Shown here: piece after piece, positions 52,770 through 64,000 of the stretch
Layout: each line of letters begins with the position of its first letter
Position numbering within the stretch: the first letter of the stretch is position 1
Assembly: GCF_009914755.1 (NCBI RefSeq)
Contig: NC_060926.1
Direction: 5' to 3' (one strand)
Source: the human T2T-CHM13v2.0 reference genome, Homo sapiens
Length of the DNA stretch: 64,000 nt
Notes under the pieces: model-generated
Database searches by the model: none
The model's input: the letters and a program-made list of their open reading frames with translations, nothing else
Told to the model about the DNA's origin: nothing
Position numbers and translations under genes: made by a program

Positions 52770-52900
52770 GCTCAATTTTTAAAACATTCATTAAGTGCCT
52801 ATTACATGCAAAGCTCTCTGTTTGCAACTCTAGGAAATACCAAGATATACTTTCACACTATCTCATGGAGTAGATAGACTTACATATGAACTATCGTACA
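52770..52900 (-). mobile_element. L2 3' fragment
   Basis: aaacattcattaagtgcctattacatgcaaagctct...ctaggaaataccaagat...tctcatggag. Confidence 0.6.
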
Positions 52901-54861
52901 TATCAGTCTGGGTTGATTAATAATAGGAATAAAAGGAGCATTCTGTAATTGAATTGACTCTTCCAAGACTGAAGGCAATTAATAATTTTGGAAAACATAA
53001 TCTGCTATGGTATTGAAATCTGTATTTTTAAACACATTCTTTTTCATTTTTGCATTGTTAGAGAACAAACATGAGTGTGTGTCCATACATTTTCCAGATA
53101 TCTGATACTTACCTCCTTAAGCACCAATTTCATTCTTCAAGTGTGATTTTAAAAACTTGTTTACAAAGTAAGAGAATTTCCTAAAAAAATAAACAAAATT
53201 CTTAAAAGCTCACGACTGGGCTTTAGCTCTGACAGGGAAAGAGCTTGGAAATTGTCGCTCCATCTTACAACAAGTAAAAGGTGAACAAACTGAAAATAAG
53301 GACTTTCTTCACACTCTGGGAACTCAGGTCACAGGGCAATCTGGTCCTCTGAAATGTAGAGAGATAGGCACATTCAGAGAAACAAAGACAGAACAGCCAC
53401 GATCTGCATATGTAGATTAGAAGCTACTGGGGCCATTAACTGCTTGGAGTACTTAAGGAGGCTGAATGTGGATTAGTATGAGACTGAGGCTCTCTTAGGA
53501 GCTGAAGTCTTAGGATGGTCTGCAAACTTTCATGGGCTTTTTCTCCATGAGCCCTACCAAGTTCTTAATGTGAGGATCTGAGAAAGAGCACTATATGACT
53601 CTAGCAGGGAAAAGAGAAGAATAGCTAGAATGTCCTTTATAACAAAGGCCTACTCTCCAGATTGAAGGACTTTGACAAAACTCAGTCCAGACATCTTATC
53701 ATAGCTCAGGAAAGAAATTCCTCCCCATTCCAGGGAGAGATTTCTGGTTTTCCTACCTCACTTAAGGGGGAAAAATAGTCAATAAGAGACAGTGCTTTAT
53801 GGAAATAGATTGAAATTCTTCAGCCAAGGAAGGGAGTGTGGAGGAGGGAGTACAATATTATACCACTAGAGAAACATTTGTGATCGTCCCATTGCTGAGA
53901 CATAGGCCTACTGAAAGACTGCAATTTAGTTGGAAGAATATAGAAAATTTCACACCACCACACCAACAGGGCTCCAGTATCATAACTGGATTACAGCTGA
54001 AAGATCTGCAAGCTACAGACTGTCTGTGAGGAGCTATTTTTAGGGAATCCTAAAGACAATATGAGAGAAAAAGATGACAGCATTAGAAGAATTTGAAGCA
54101 TCTGGTACCTATAACAACAACAGCAACATCAAAAAGTTAAACAAAGTCTAACTTCTAGCAAAGCTAACACAAACCCTCACACTAAAGGCCTATTTATCTC
54201 AGTTCCTGTTACCTAATTACCTGATACAATCTGTCCAGTTTTCAACAAAAATTACAAAACAGGTTAAAAGCCAAGGAAAAGCTCGCTCTGAAGAGACAAA
54301 ACCGTCATCAGAAAATGACTTAGCTATTACACAGATGGAATTATCATCAGGAAATTTAAAATAACTATCATTGATACTGTAAGGAAAAAGTAGACCATGT
54401 GCAAGAATATATAGTTAATGTTCTGGGAGAAGTAGATGATATGAAAGAACAATAAGTAGTGTAAGCAGAGAGAAGAAAGTCTAAGAAAAATCAAAACAAA
54501 AGGCTAGAAATTAAAACTGTAAAAACTCTGATGAATGACTTTAATTAATTCATCAATAGATTTAACATAGCAAAGAATAAAAAATTCAGTGAACTTGAGG
54601 ATAAAACAATAGAAGCTTCCCAAACCAAAATTCGAGGATATAAAAAGATTTTTAAAAAATCTAAGAATCTTGGGACAATATCAAAGGTGAAATGTATGTG
54701 TAAGAAGAATATCAGAAGGAGAAGAAAGAGAGAATGGGGTAGCAGAAACAATTGAAGTAATAATGTTTGCAAAGTTCTCAAAATGAGTAACGGACACCAA
54801 ATCACACATTTGCGAGTTTCAGAGAACATGAAGCCGACAAATGCCAAAGAGAAAAACAAAC

Positions 54862-54862
<1 letters not shown>

Positions 54863-54900
<38 letters not shown>
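54863..54900. repeat. (AC)19 microsatellite
   Basis: Perfect dinucleotide run, directly visible. Confidence 0.98.
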
Positions 54901-54904
<4 letters not shown>

Positions 54905-55807
54905 TAAGCTTATTATTATCAAACTTCAGAAGACCAAGACAAAGATAAAATCTTGAAAGAAGCCAGAGGAGAAAAACTCTTCCCAATAGAAGAACAAGAA
55001 TAAGAATTATTTTGAGCTTGTCATCAGAAACCATATAAGCAAGAACCATATAATCAGAGTGGAGTGGGATATTTAAAATGTTGAAAGAATAACACTTTCA
55101 ACTGTAGAATTCTATATCCGATACAATTATGCTGCCAATGTAAAGGAGGCAAACCAAAGAAAAAAAAAAAAGCCTGAGGAAATTTATTGCCAGCTGACTT
55201 GCCCTGCAAGAACTGTTAAAAAAAAAAAGTCTTCAGATATAAGAAAAATAACATAGATTAGAAACTTGGATCTATATAAAGAAAGGAAGAGCATCAGAAA
55301 AAGAAATAAATAAAGGTAAAGTAAAATCTTTTCATTCTCTTGTTCTTAAATTGATTTAAGATAACTGCCTGCTTAAAGAAATAATAGTTATAGTGATTTG
55401 TGTAATTATAACATGTGCATCAGTGAAATGAATGACAGGGATACCACATAGTTTAGAGAAGAGGAACTGGGAATGCTCCATTACAAGGTACCTGCTCTAC
55501 ATTTACTGATTAGTGTTATTCGAAGGTGGAATTCGATTAGTTAAAAATGTATGTTGTAAACTCTAGGATAAACACTAAAAAATTAACATAAAGACCTAAT
55601 TGATATGCTAAGAAAGGAGATAAAATCACATAAAATGATCTATTAAAATTAGAGAAGGTAGAAAACAACGTCTGAGGAAAGAAATGAAGAACAAATGCAA
55701 TGAATAGAAACCACTTTCAGACATGGTAGATATTAATTCAACTATATCAATAATCACTTTAAATATGAATGGTCCACATACAACAATTAATAAAAATAAG
55801 AGCCAAC

Positions 55808-56072
55808 TGTATTAGTCTGCCCAGGTTACTATAACAAACTACCCCAGACTGAGTGGCTTAAATAACAGACCTTTAGTTTTCACAGGTCTAGGAGCCAGCA
55901 CATTCCATTGCTGGTTAAAGCTCTCTTCTGTGTTTGCAGATAGCCACCTTCTCACTGTGTCCACACATGATAGAGGGAGGGAGGGAAAGAGAAGGAGGGG
56001 GGGTTGGAGAGAGAGATTGAGATCCAGAGCACAAGGCTCTAATTTCTTCCTTTGAACCTAATTATCTCCTAA
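55808..56072 (-). mobile_element. MLT1A/MST-type LTR fragment inside L1MC
   Basis: tgtattagtctgcccaggttactataacaaactaccccagactgagtggcttaaataacagac...ttgcagatagccaccttctcactgtgtcc. Confidence 0.85.
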
Positions 56073-56459
56073 ATGTTTATGCACCTAAGGACATAGTATT
56101 ATAATACACATTGGTGAAACTGATAGAACTGACAGCAGAAACATTCAAATTCCTTATTTCAGTTAGAGACCTCAGTGTCCCTCTATCAATAATTGATAGG
56201 TCAAGTAGCAAAAAAATCTGCACGTAGATGACTTGAATGGCACTATCAATCAACTTGATCTGATTGACATTTATAGAATATGTCATCAAACAGTAATCAA
56301 ATAAATATTTTTTCTTAAGCTCACAAGCTTAATATTCATGAAAATAGGGCATATTCTAGTCCATAAAATACACCTTAACACATTTAAGACCAGAAATCAT
56401 CCAAAGTGAATATTATGCTAAGTGAAAGAAGCTAGACACAAAAAGCCACTTATTACTCA

Positions 56460-58563
56460 TCTTTTATAGAATTTAATTTTACAGAATTTTACTGATTAGA
56501 ATTGCATCAGATTAAATATTGTGAACTTATTTCTAGATATTTTGTAAGATTAAAAAAGAAGGTTTTTTTAGTACACTGATAAAACTTATAATTTAGCTAT
56601 ATTGTTTTGCAAAGGACCACTTTATTAAACTCACATTAAAAACAATTTTTTAGTTGAATCACTTGAGTTTTTAATGCAAAGAAATATGCCACTTGAAAAT
56701 AATAAGTATTTTGGCTCCTACTTTTAAAAAATGTTAGTTTTGTTCTGTTCATTCTATTGGATACTAAAGATGCAAATTTGATATATTTTTTATCCTCTCC
56801 ATTGCCTCATAGCTTATAATTTATTAATTTTATATATTCACATTTTATTTCTTTTCTGCTTCTTGGTTTGTGTTTAGTTTATGGAAACTTCTAATTTCTA
56901 TTAGACACTTTTGTTGGACACTTAGCTGGTTTTCAGTTTTTCTTCTTTTTGAATGAATGAATTTAAGGTTCTAAATTTCCATGTGAGCATGGCTTTTGCT
57001 TCAATATACAAGTGTTGATACGGTATATTTTCAAGATCATTTGGGGGTAAATAATTCCTAAAATGTGTTTTGATTCCATTCTTGATTCATTATATATTTA
57101 GCATGTGTAACTTTTCTAGTGTATATTCCTATGTTATCTATGCTGCTGACTTCTAACTTAATTGCCCTGAAGTCTGAAACACAGAATGCATTATAATCAT
57201 TTTTTGAAGTTTGCTCTGACTACTTTTTGCTTAGACTGTAGTTAATGAACATTACAATTCCATGTGATTTAAAAACTTGTATATTCCATAATTTTTAACT
57301 GCAGGGTTCTATGTCCATTAGAACGTGTGAAATATCTTTATACATTTTTCTATTTGATACATCAGTAACTGAGATAGGTGTTTGAAATATCTTATGTATT
57401 AATTAGGCTACAACAGAAACTAGAATTTTTATTCTGAGTTGCTTATAGTTATGTTCTTTTGTTTGTTTTCTTTTGCTCCTTGTTCATTTAGATAACAGCT
57501 TTCTTTATAAGTCAGTCGTACAGCACTACTTCCCATATACCTATAGAATCCTCTAGGATTTATTTTACTTTTTTCTGGATATTTCTTCCAGGACTACTTT
57601 TTAAAGTTTCCTTGTGTGGTAAAACTTTTGGACCCTGAATGTCTAAAAAATTGTTTTCTTTCAAGATTTCAAAAATAATTTCATTGTTTTCTTGTATCCT
57701 GAGTTGCTTTAAAAAGAACTTTGATACTCTTCTGATTCTTATTTCATTTGGTGTTGTGCTCTTTCTTTCATGGGACTTTAAGATTTTTTTTCAACTTATT
57801 TCATCTTTAATGTTCTCAAATCTCATAATTATCAATCTGTCTAAGCATATGTCTATATTTATCCATCATCATTTATCTAGCCTATGTTATCCTATGCATT
57901 TATATTTTGTGTTCTATCTCCTTTTCATTAACTCAATGAACTCTTTAGATCATAACATTTTATCCTTTTTAATTCTGGGAAAAACTGGGTCTTTTTTTTT
58001 CAAATAGTTTCTTCTTTTAGTATTTTTTTCTCTTTCTGTTTTGAACTGTTAGTGTGTGGTTGTTGATACATATTTCTAGCATTCATAGCTCTTAACTTTA
58101 GTTTTATATTTCCTTTCTTTTAATCCCTCATGCAGAAAATCTGTTTGAGTTAGAAGACAGCATTCCTTCTGTCTTTAGCCTGAGAGCAAATACTTCTTTT
58201 ACCTGATTTGAGGATAAGTCCCACCATTCTTCAGTACTCTCAACTACTCTACACATGGCTTTGTGGGGTCCATTCTGTTTCCAGAACCTGTTTTCTGTAA
58301 TCATAGGCTCTTCTCCTACTTTCTAGTGGTCTCCTCTTTCACAATTATGAGGCTGCCATGTTGTTATACAAACTTACTCTTTATCTTGAAGATATTTCTC
58401 AATGTTTCTGCTTCACTAATGCTACTGAAAGCTGCTCCAGTTATCCAGTGTTGTTGGATATGTGCATTTCTTCATTTATATCTCTTCTGCTATTCTAAGT
58501 GAATCTTTAGAAATGTAAAAATTTAAATATGTATGCCTGGTCAATCATCCTGAACCAGAAGTA
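56460..58563 (-). mobile_element. Decayed L1ME/HAL1-type fragments ending in a 5' terminus
   Basis: atttaaggttctaaatttccatgtgagcatggcttttgct and ttctaacttaattgccctgaagtctga, with terminal catcctgaaccagaagt. Confidence 0.65.
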
Positions 58564-58859
58564 AAAGTATGTTTGTAGTACTTCTCAGCTCCCTCTTTCT
58601 GTTATCGAAAAATAAAAAAAAAAATAGCCCACAAGAAAAGAAAAAATTATTTATGTACAAAAATGGCCAGAATGAGTGAATAGTGAGGTCTCCAAAGGAA
58701 ATTCCCTGGAATTTTTAGGCAATAACAAGGAGACCCATGTGGCAGAAGAAAAGTTTACATTGTGCTTTAAGAAGATATTAGAAGATGGTGTTGACATTGT
58801 TTGATAAGAAAAAGAAAGACTCATCATTAAAATGACTTTTAAAATGGTCTTTGAAAAAT

Positions 58860-58967
58860 TGGTCACCAACTTCTGGTGTGTCTGAAACTGTATCCATTTT
58901 AGTACTGAAAGTCCTGCATCCTGAGAACCCACTCATTCCCAGGCACACTTGACTGGTTGGTCACCCC
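58860..58967 (-). mobile_element. MER94 (hAT-Blackjack MITE)
   Basis: ttttagtactgaaagtcctgcatcctgagaacccactcattcccaggcacacttgactggttggtcaccc, the reverse orientation of the copy at 10442. Confidence 0.82.
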
Positions 58968-61944
58968 ACGGCAAATTTCAGAAATGTATTTTTGAGAACC
59001 AATGCACAGCGAAGGAAAGACAGCTTAGGTTTTAAAATGCATGGGGAGTAAGGATCATGCAAGAAATGTAGTTTAGAGTTGGAGAAAGGGAGTTGTTAAA
59101 TCCTGGGTTCTTTATTTGGAATTTGTTTCATAAAAATATTAGCACAGTAAATGTTAAAATTTGATATTATTTATGGTCTCAATTTCTTTCAAACATCCTC
59201 AAAATATATAATGTTGTAAAGTGATTATGGTGATAAACTGACTCTTAGTGGGTTCCCAGGGAAAAAGAGTAATTTTTGAATGGTGGCTATGATTTAATCC
59301 TGGGATGATCATATCAAAAAAGGGGGAGGAGTGCCTTGTGAAAACTTGATGAGAAAATAATTCTAACTGGAAAGCTAATTATTCATTGAGAGTAGGCTAT
59401 AAAATTACACAATTTTTGAAGCTATAATTTATGAAGTTTCATCTTTCTTAGGAAGTAGGTCTCAGTGAGCCAAATAACAGATCAGAAAGTTGTTGGCTAA
59501 CACACATTCATTGGAAATGGAATCGTGTATCTTTGGGGAAAGGTTACAAATAAGTTTTTTACATGTTTGGACTTGATTGGTTACTTTTTTACTACATGGA
59601 TGCTACGAACCACAAAAACTTATTTTCTAAAATCAAACTTCTCCTCTTGAGGTCATTAACCAACTCTCAGCGTCCATTTATTAAACTGTTTGTTGACCCT
59701 CAGCCTCTGATTTCCATCTTTTTACCACACTGTGACAACTGCGTGACACTTCTACAATATTCAATAGCTCAACATTCAATAATTGCTCGTCTTGGGTTTG
59801 CCTCTGAGAATGCATCTGGTTTGTTAATTTTATGGATTTCTGCCACTCTCTGATGGTATTTCCTTCTATTCCCTTTTGGTTGTACCTTTACCTAGTTGTC
59901 TACTAAGTCCACTTTACTTTTAAGGCACCACTGCCCATTCTTTATAAGTATTATAGAAAGTCCTTGTTTTGAAGCATAAGCTAAATTGGAAAATATTTGG
60001 TATTTATTCAATCCATGTGTCGAAAATTTAACGACAAATAATTTGACAGAATTAAACTATAATATGACTGAGCTGATACACAAAATAGTCCCTCCAGATT
60101 TATGGGTAAAGACAGCCCCAAAATGAGAATATATATAGTCTCGAATTTTCAAATATTTTTAATATCTTTACTTTTCACAGTACTTATAATAAACTATGGT
60201 GTATTCATTCTAAATTGTCTCACTGTAACTTTCAGCTATAGAATAAGATAATCTGCTTTTGGTGATTTCAGCTGAAAAGGGAACAAAAGTAAAAGGTATG
60301 GTAGGGAAAACAAATCTGGTGAATTTTAGCCTAAGTCTCTCTTTCTTTTCAAGTACTGACATGGTACTGCCTATAAAAAACTGCTTTTCAATAAAAGTTG
60401 AAGGTCAAGAATTGAACATAGCTTTAAATATTTATGTATTAAAGAAAAGGAATTCCAAACATTTGGTTTAAAATACTTTTCCACTTTAGTTTTGTTATTA
60501 AGGAATTTTAATTTGGGTAGTTCACATAGTTTTCTTCCCCATATATGAGTTGAATGTATGGATTCCTAATTCTGTAAAATATTCCTTTCTGTTTTTAAAC
60601 ACATGGTACATTCCCTTGGTTGAAAATACCTTTGTCTCTCTTGTGGTTGAGGCTCTAATTTAAATTTCAATTTGATTTTTGCATATATTTTTTATAGGTT
60701 GAAATAATCTGAGGATTCAAAATTTTTCCCACTGGTTACTGTGTCTGCTTCATAAGACCTAAATGAGTATGTACAGAACTATATTTATATGGATATTTAG
60801 AGATTAAAAATGTTTGTGAACATCCAGCAGATTTGTAGGGTAAAATGAACTTATATTCATAAAATAATAAAAACAATTTTGCGTGAGTCATATAAATCAG
60901 GGGCAGAGCTTAGAGAAAAACATCTCTGATGTAGAAAAAGAAAAGAGGAATCAATTTACTTAGAAGAAACAAGTTGTTAATTAATTGGAAAAAGCATATC
61001 TAAGTCATTGAGACTTTATGGAGAAGAGAAAAAAAATATAAAGAAAAGACCACACCATTGGAAAGATTTCACAATCTTTAAAACACATGGCTGGATGGAA
61101 AAGAACCATAATTCAGTTGTGATCATAGGGAATAGAGGATCCAACTACGATGGAATTGTATTTGCATGATGTGAAATTGTACTGGCAATTCCCCTCCATG
61201 TGACAATTTAAATTATATGAGAAAAGAATATGAGAAAGGGTAAGCAGGCACTGGAGCTGGAGCCCCACTTTGGGTAGGGCCTGAATAGGAATTGTGAAGA
61301 GGTTTGTGGCATAAAGAACCATTGAGATTGAAGAACTTTACTAAGTGTAAAAGGTTAAGTTGGTCTTGTGTGCTGATAATGGGGACTCACACAAATTTTC
61401 ATGCTGATTTGGACTCAGTGCTAATTAATCAGGTCATTACACATTATTCTGTCTCAATTCTTTTACCTGTCATATACTGGAGGCATGAAAGATTTTCTGT
61501 TCTAAACAACAGTGAGCTCATTTTCCCTAGTGGCCTTTCTGTGTTGGGATAGAGACAAACTGGTATCCGTAAACAACTTTAAAATGTAATTGATTGAAAC
61601 ATTTTATCAGAAAATAATATCATTGCTTAGTTGGGATAAGGTAGAGTAAGGGAAAGTAAGGTGAAAGTATGCCAAGAGTGGGAGTAGGGTCAGGACTGCA
61701 GTAAGAGTCTAGCTAAAGCTGCTGACAAGTTTAAGATCCTGTATTGGAGTTTTGTGTGTAAAGAGAACATAGTGTTAAGCTGAGTTACGAGGGTGAAATT
61801 AAGGACAGAATTATGTGTTTCATAACTCTTTCATTACTCTTTATATTGAAGATATTTCAAACCAGAAGACACATTCAAGGTTTAAAGTCCAAACAAGAAA
61901 ACTGATTGTAAGGAAGACAGTGCATGTAAACCAGAGTCAGATTT

Positions 61945-62015
61945 TCACTGAAATAGTACTTATTGAGAATATGCTTGGTATTAGGCACTGTGGTGGTTTT
62001 GAGGATACAGCAGTT
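61945..62015 (-). mobile_element. L2 3' fragment
   Basis: tacttattgagaatatgcttggtattaggcactgtggtggttttgaggatacagcagt. Confidence 0.6.
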
Positions 62016-62659
62016 TTCACTTTTGACCCACCAATTTTTCTTGTGATTGTCTTTCTTCTTGAATAAACATGGTACTTGTCTATTTCTTTCCCCAAATTCT
62101 TTCACTAGTTTGGGGAGTTTTTTGTTTGTTTGTTTGTTTGTTTTTTCCTTATGCTCCTTTTCTTTAAATATAACTTTTTCTTTCAAACTTCCTTTCTTAG
62201 TTTCCTTTTCTTTTTAAATGTTCTCCTTTGCTGTTATACCCACTTCCGTTTTTCAATAATCAGCCCCCATCAGTCTCACATCCATATTCTAGCTTCTATC
62301 ATCAACACCCAAATTCAGGCTCCCAAATCCACCCGGGATTATGCAATGATATTTTTAAAACAAAAAAGTATTTGGAGTCACAAGCTTTCATCCAGGTTGC
62401 ACAATTTTCCAGCTTTATCTCTTGCTTTATTCCGTGAAATTTTCTATTTGCAAAATGATGTCAGTTATCTCCCATGAATGATGTTTTCTGCAAAGAACAC
62501 ATGCATATGAAAGTAAAAACAATTACTTCTTTTTAAATGTAAAGCTATTGCTCTATACATGAAGCTAACCTTCATAAAAATTTCCCTGTTTGGCTCAACG
62601 ACACAGGAACCCACATCCTTTTAATTCTCAATTATATTCTGTTCTGTATTTTAATAACT

Positions 62660-62800
62660 TTTGCATTTGTTTTATCTCCACCCCCTTACCCACCTCTTGA
62701 CTGTAAGTTCTAGGAATGCAGGGATTTATTTATGTATTCCATTGGTGCTTGAAACAATGTCTAACAAGTAAGAGGCCTTCACAAGTATTTGTTGGGCTAA
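62660..62800 (+). mobile_element. L2 3' end
   Basis: gactgtaagttctaggaatgcaggga...gtattccattggtgcttgaaacaatgtctaacaagtaagaggccttcacaagtatttgttg. Confidence 0.7.
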
Positions 62801-64000
62801 ACTGACAACTGGCTGTCATATATAAGAAAAAAAATAAAAACAAATTCTACTAAATTCATTATTTGTTAACAAAATGAGATGCATTAAGGTTTTCCAGTGA
62901 ATCTGTGTTTCTGATGATGGATGAGAATTAAATCTGTTCTGGGCTTGAAGGTCTGCAGGCAGACTGTGTCCGCCTTGGCTGTCAGTGCTCTAATTTGTAA
63001 TGAGAGAGTGGCTGTTGCTTCTCATTGTCGAGCATTAGAGTAAGCAAACCTACACTTTGTATCAATCATGCATGGCATGCATGCATCGTGTGTGCCTGCT
63101 GCCTCTTGAAGCTCCATTAGAAGAATATAACACTGGACAGAAACTGTCAAAGATGTGATCTGTCTGCATCCACCACTTTCTGTCTCCTGGTTGAATCATA
63201 GACTGACTAGAGATACTGGCATGCTGACAACACACAAGAGAGAGAAAACCCATAGATGTCATTCATGAATTGTATTTTATCTCTGTTTTGAAAGATTTGA
63301 ATTCCACATTTTGAATTTCTACATTCTAGCTACACCCCATATACGCAAATTTGTGCCAGCAAGAAGAATATGCAGATATTTTAATACTGAGGATGCTAGC
63401 AATGAGGTGTTATATTTTTTAAAAAAAGGTTTGACTTTTGTCTAATGACGCTTTGTGTGCTTCCATGGCTTGTTGTGACAAGTGTATGCACACACAATCT
63501 GCATCAGCTTTTCAATAGAGAGGCTATGATGTTGTCTTATTATTTAACATCAAAAATTAATGTGACCATTTAAAAAGTAAAACCGTAAAATTAAAATATA
63601 ATTAATATACCAATACTTAAAAAAATAAGCACCCAAAGTTGTCACAAAGAATGGTCTTATTCCTGTTATATCACTCTAGGTCCTTCATGTGAATCTTTAA
63701 ATAAGAGACTGACCAACATAGTGAACAAAATGTTTAGCTGTTTTCAAGAGATGCAGCTATTCTTATAGTGACCATTTATATTATTGCTACATTGTAAAAA
63801 AAAAATGGCAGTTTGACATTAAATTTTACTTTAGTGAAGTCATTACTATGTAACTTAGAGACTCTGCTTTCTTAAGAGGTAACAAAACAGCTTCTATAAA
63901 TAAAAAGAAAAAATAATTTCTATATGTATAATGTACCCTAAGATATTAGGTATAATGTCCCCTTAAATCTATGTCATTCAAATGTCTTAAGTAAGATTTT

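Larger units (their letters stand above)
53210..56455 (+). mobile_element. Ancient L1MC-type element: 5' UTR, ORF1, inter-ORF and EN fragment
   Basis: 5' end gagcttggaaattgtcgctccatcttacaacaag...gaacaaactgaaaat. ORF1 remnants gataaaatcttgaaagaagccagaggagaaaaa and agaattctatatcc. EN remnant caacttgatctgattgacatttatagaa. Confidence 0.85.

Noticed and set aside
54545-55049. ORFs with CVCVCV repeats
   Set aside because: Translation of the (AC)19 microsatellite on the antisense strand of L1 ORF1.
57639-58007. Hydrophobic F/L/I-rich ORF resembling a membrane protein (similar ones at 27560-27976 and 62130-62477)
   Set aside because: T-rich sequence, mostly antisense L1, encodes F/L/I/S by composition. 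There is no splice or domain support.

Overview
This is human genomic DNA: it carries an L1 with the L1HS-Ta diagnostic bases, plus Alu, THE1, MLT2A and HSMAR2 elements. It is AT-rich and CpG-depleted, and by my rough estimate two thirds is interspersed repeat (L1, L2, MIR, Alu, MaLR/ERVL LTRs, Tigger2a, HSMAR2, hAT MITEs). I see no recognisable protein-coding exon, RNA gene, CpG island or CRISPR array, so it reads as deep intron or intergenic sequence. The supplied ORFs are decayed transposon ORFs (L1 ORF1/ORF2, ERVL gag/pol, mariner transposase) or chance frames. I cannot support a new biological system here. The most unusual structure is a 5'-truncated L1HS-Ta0 insertion (35437-36070) flanked by an exact 95-bp target-site duplication, with an extra ~21-nt copy of target DNA at its 5' junction. 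Other points of note are a twin-primed inverted L1PA7, an old ~430-bp local duplication, a full-length dead HSMAR2, a decayed tandem-monomer array in an ancient L1 5' UTR, LTRs that keep DUX4 or CTCF motifs, and a unique-sequence hairpin next to a TGCATG cluster near 63.0 kb. Subfamily calls come from my memory of consensus sequences, and the edges of old elements are approximate.
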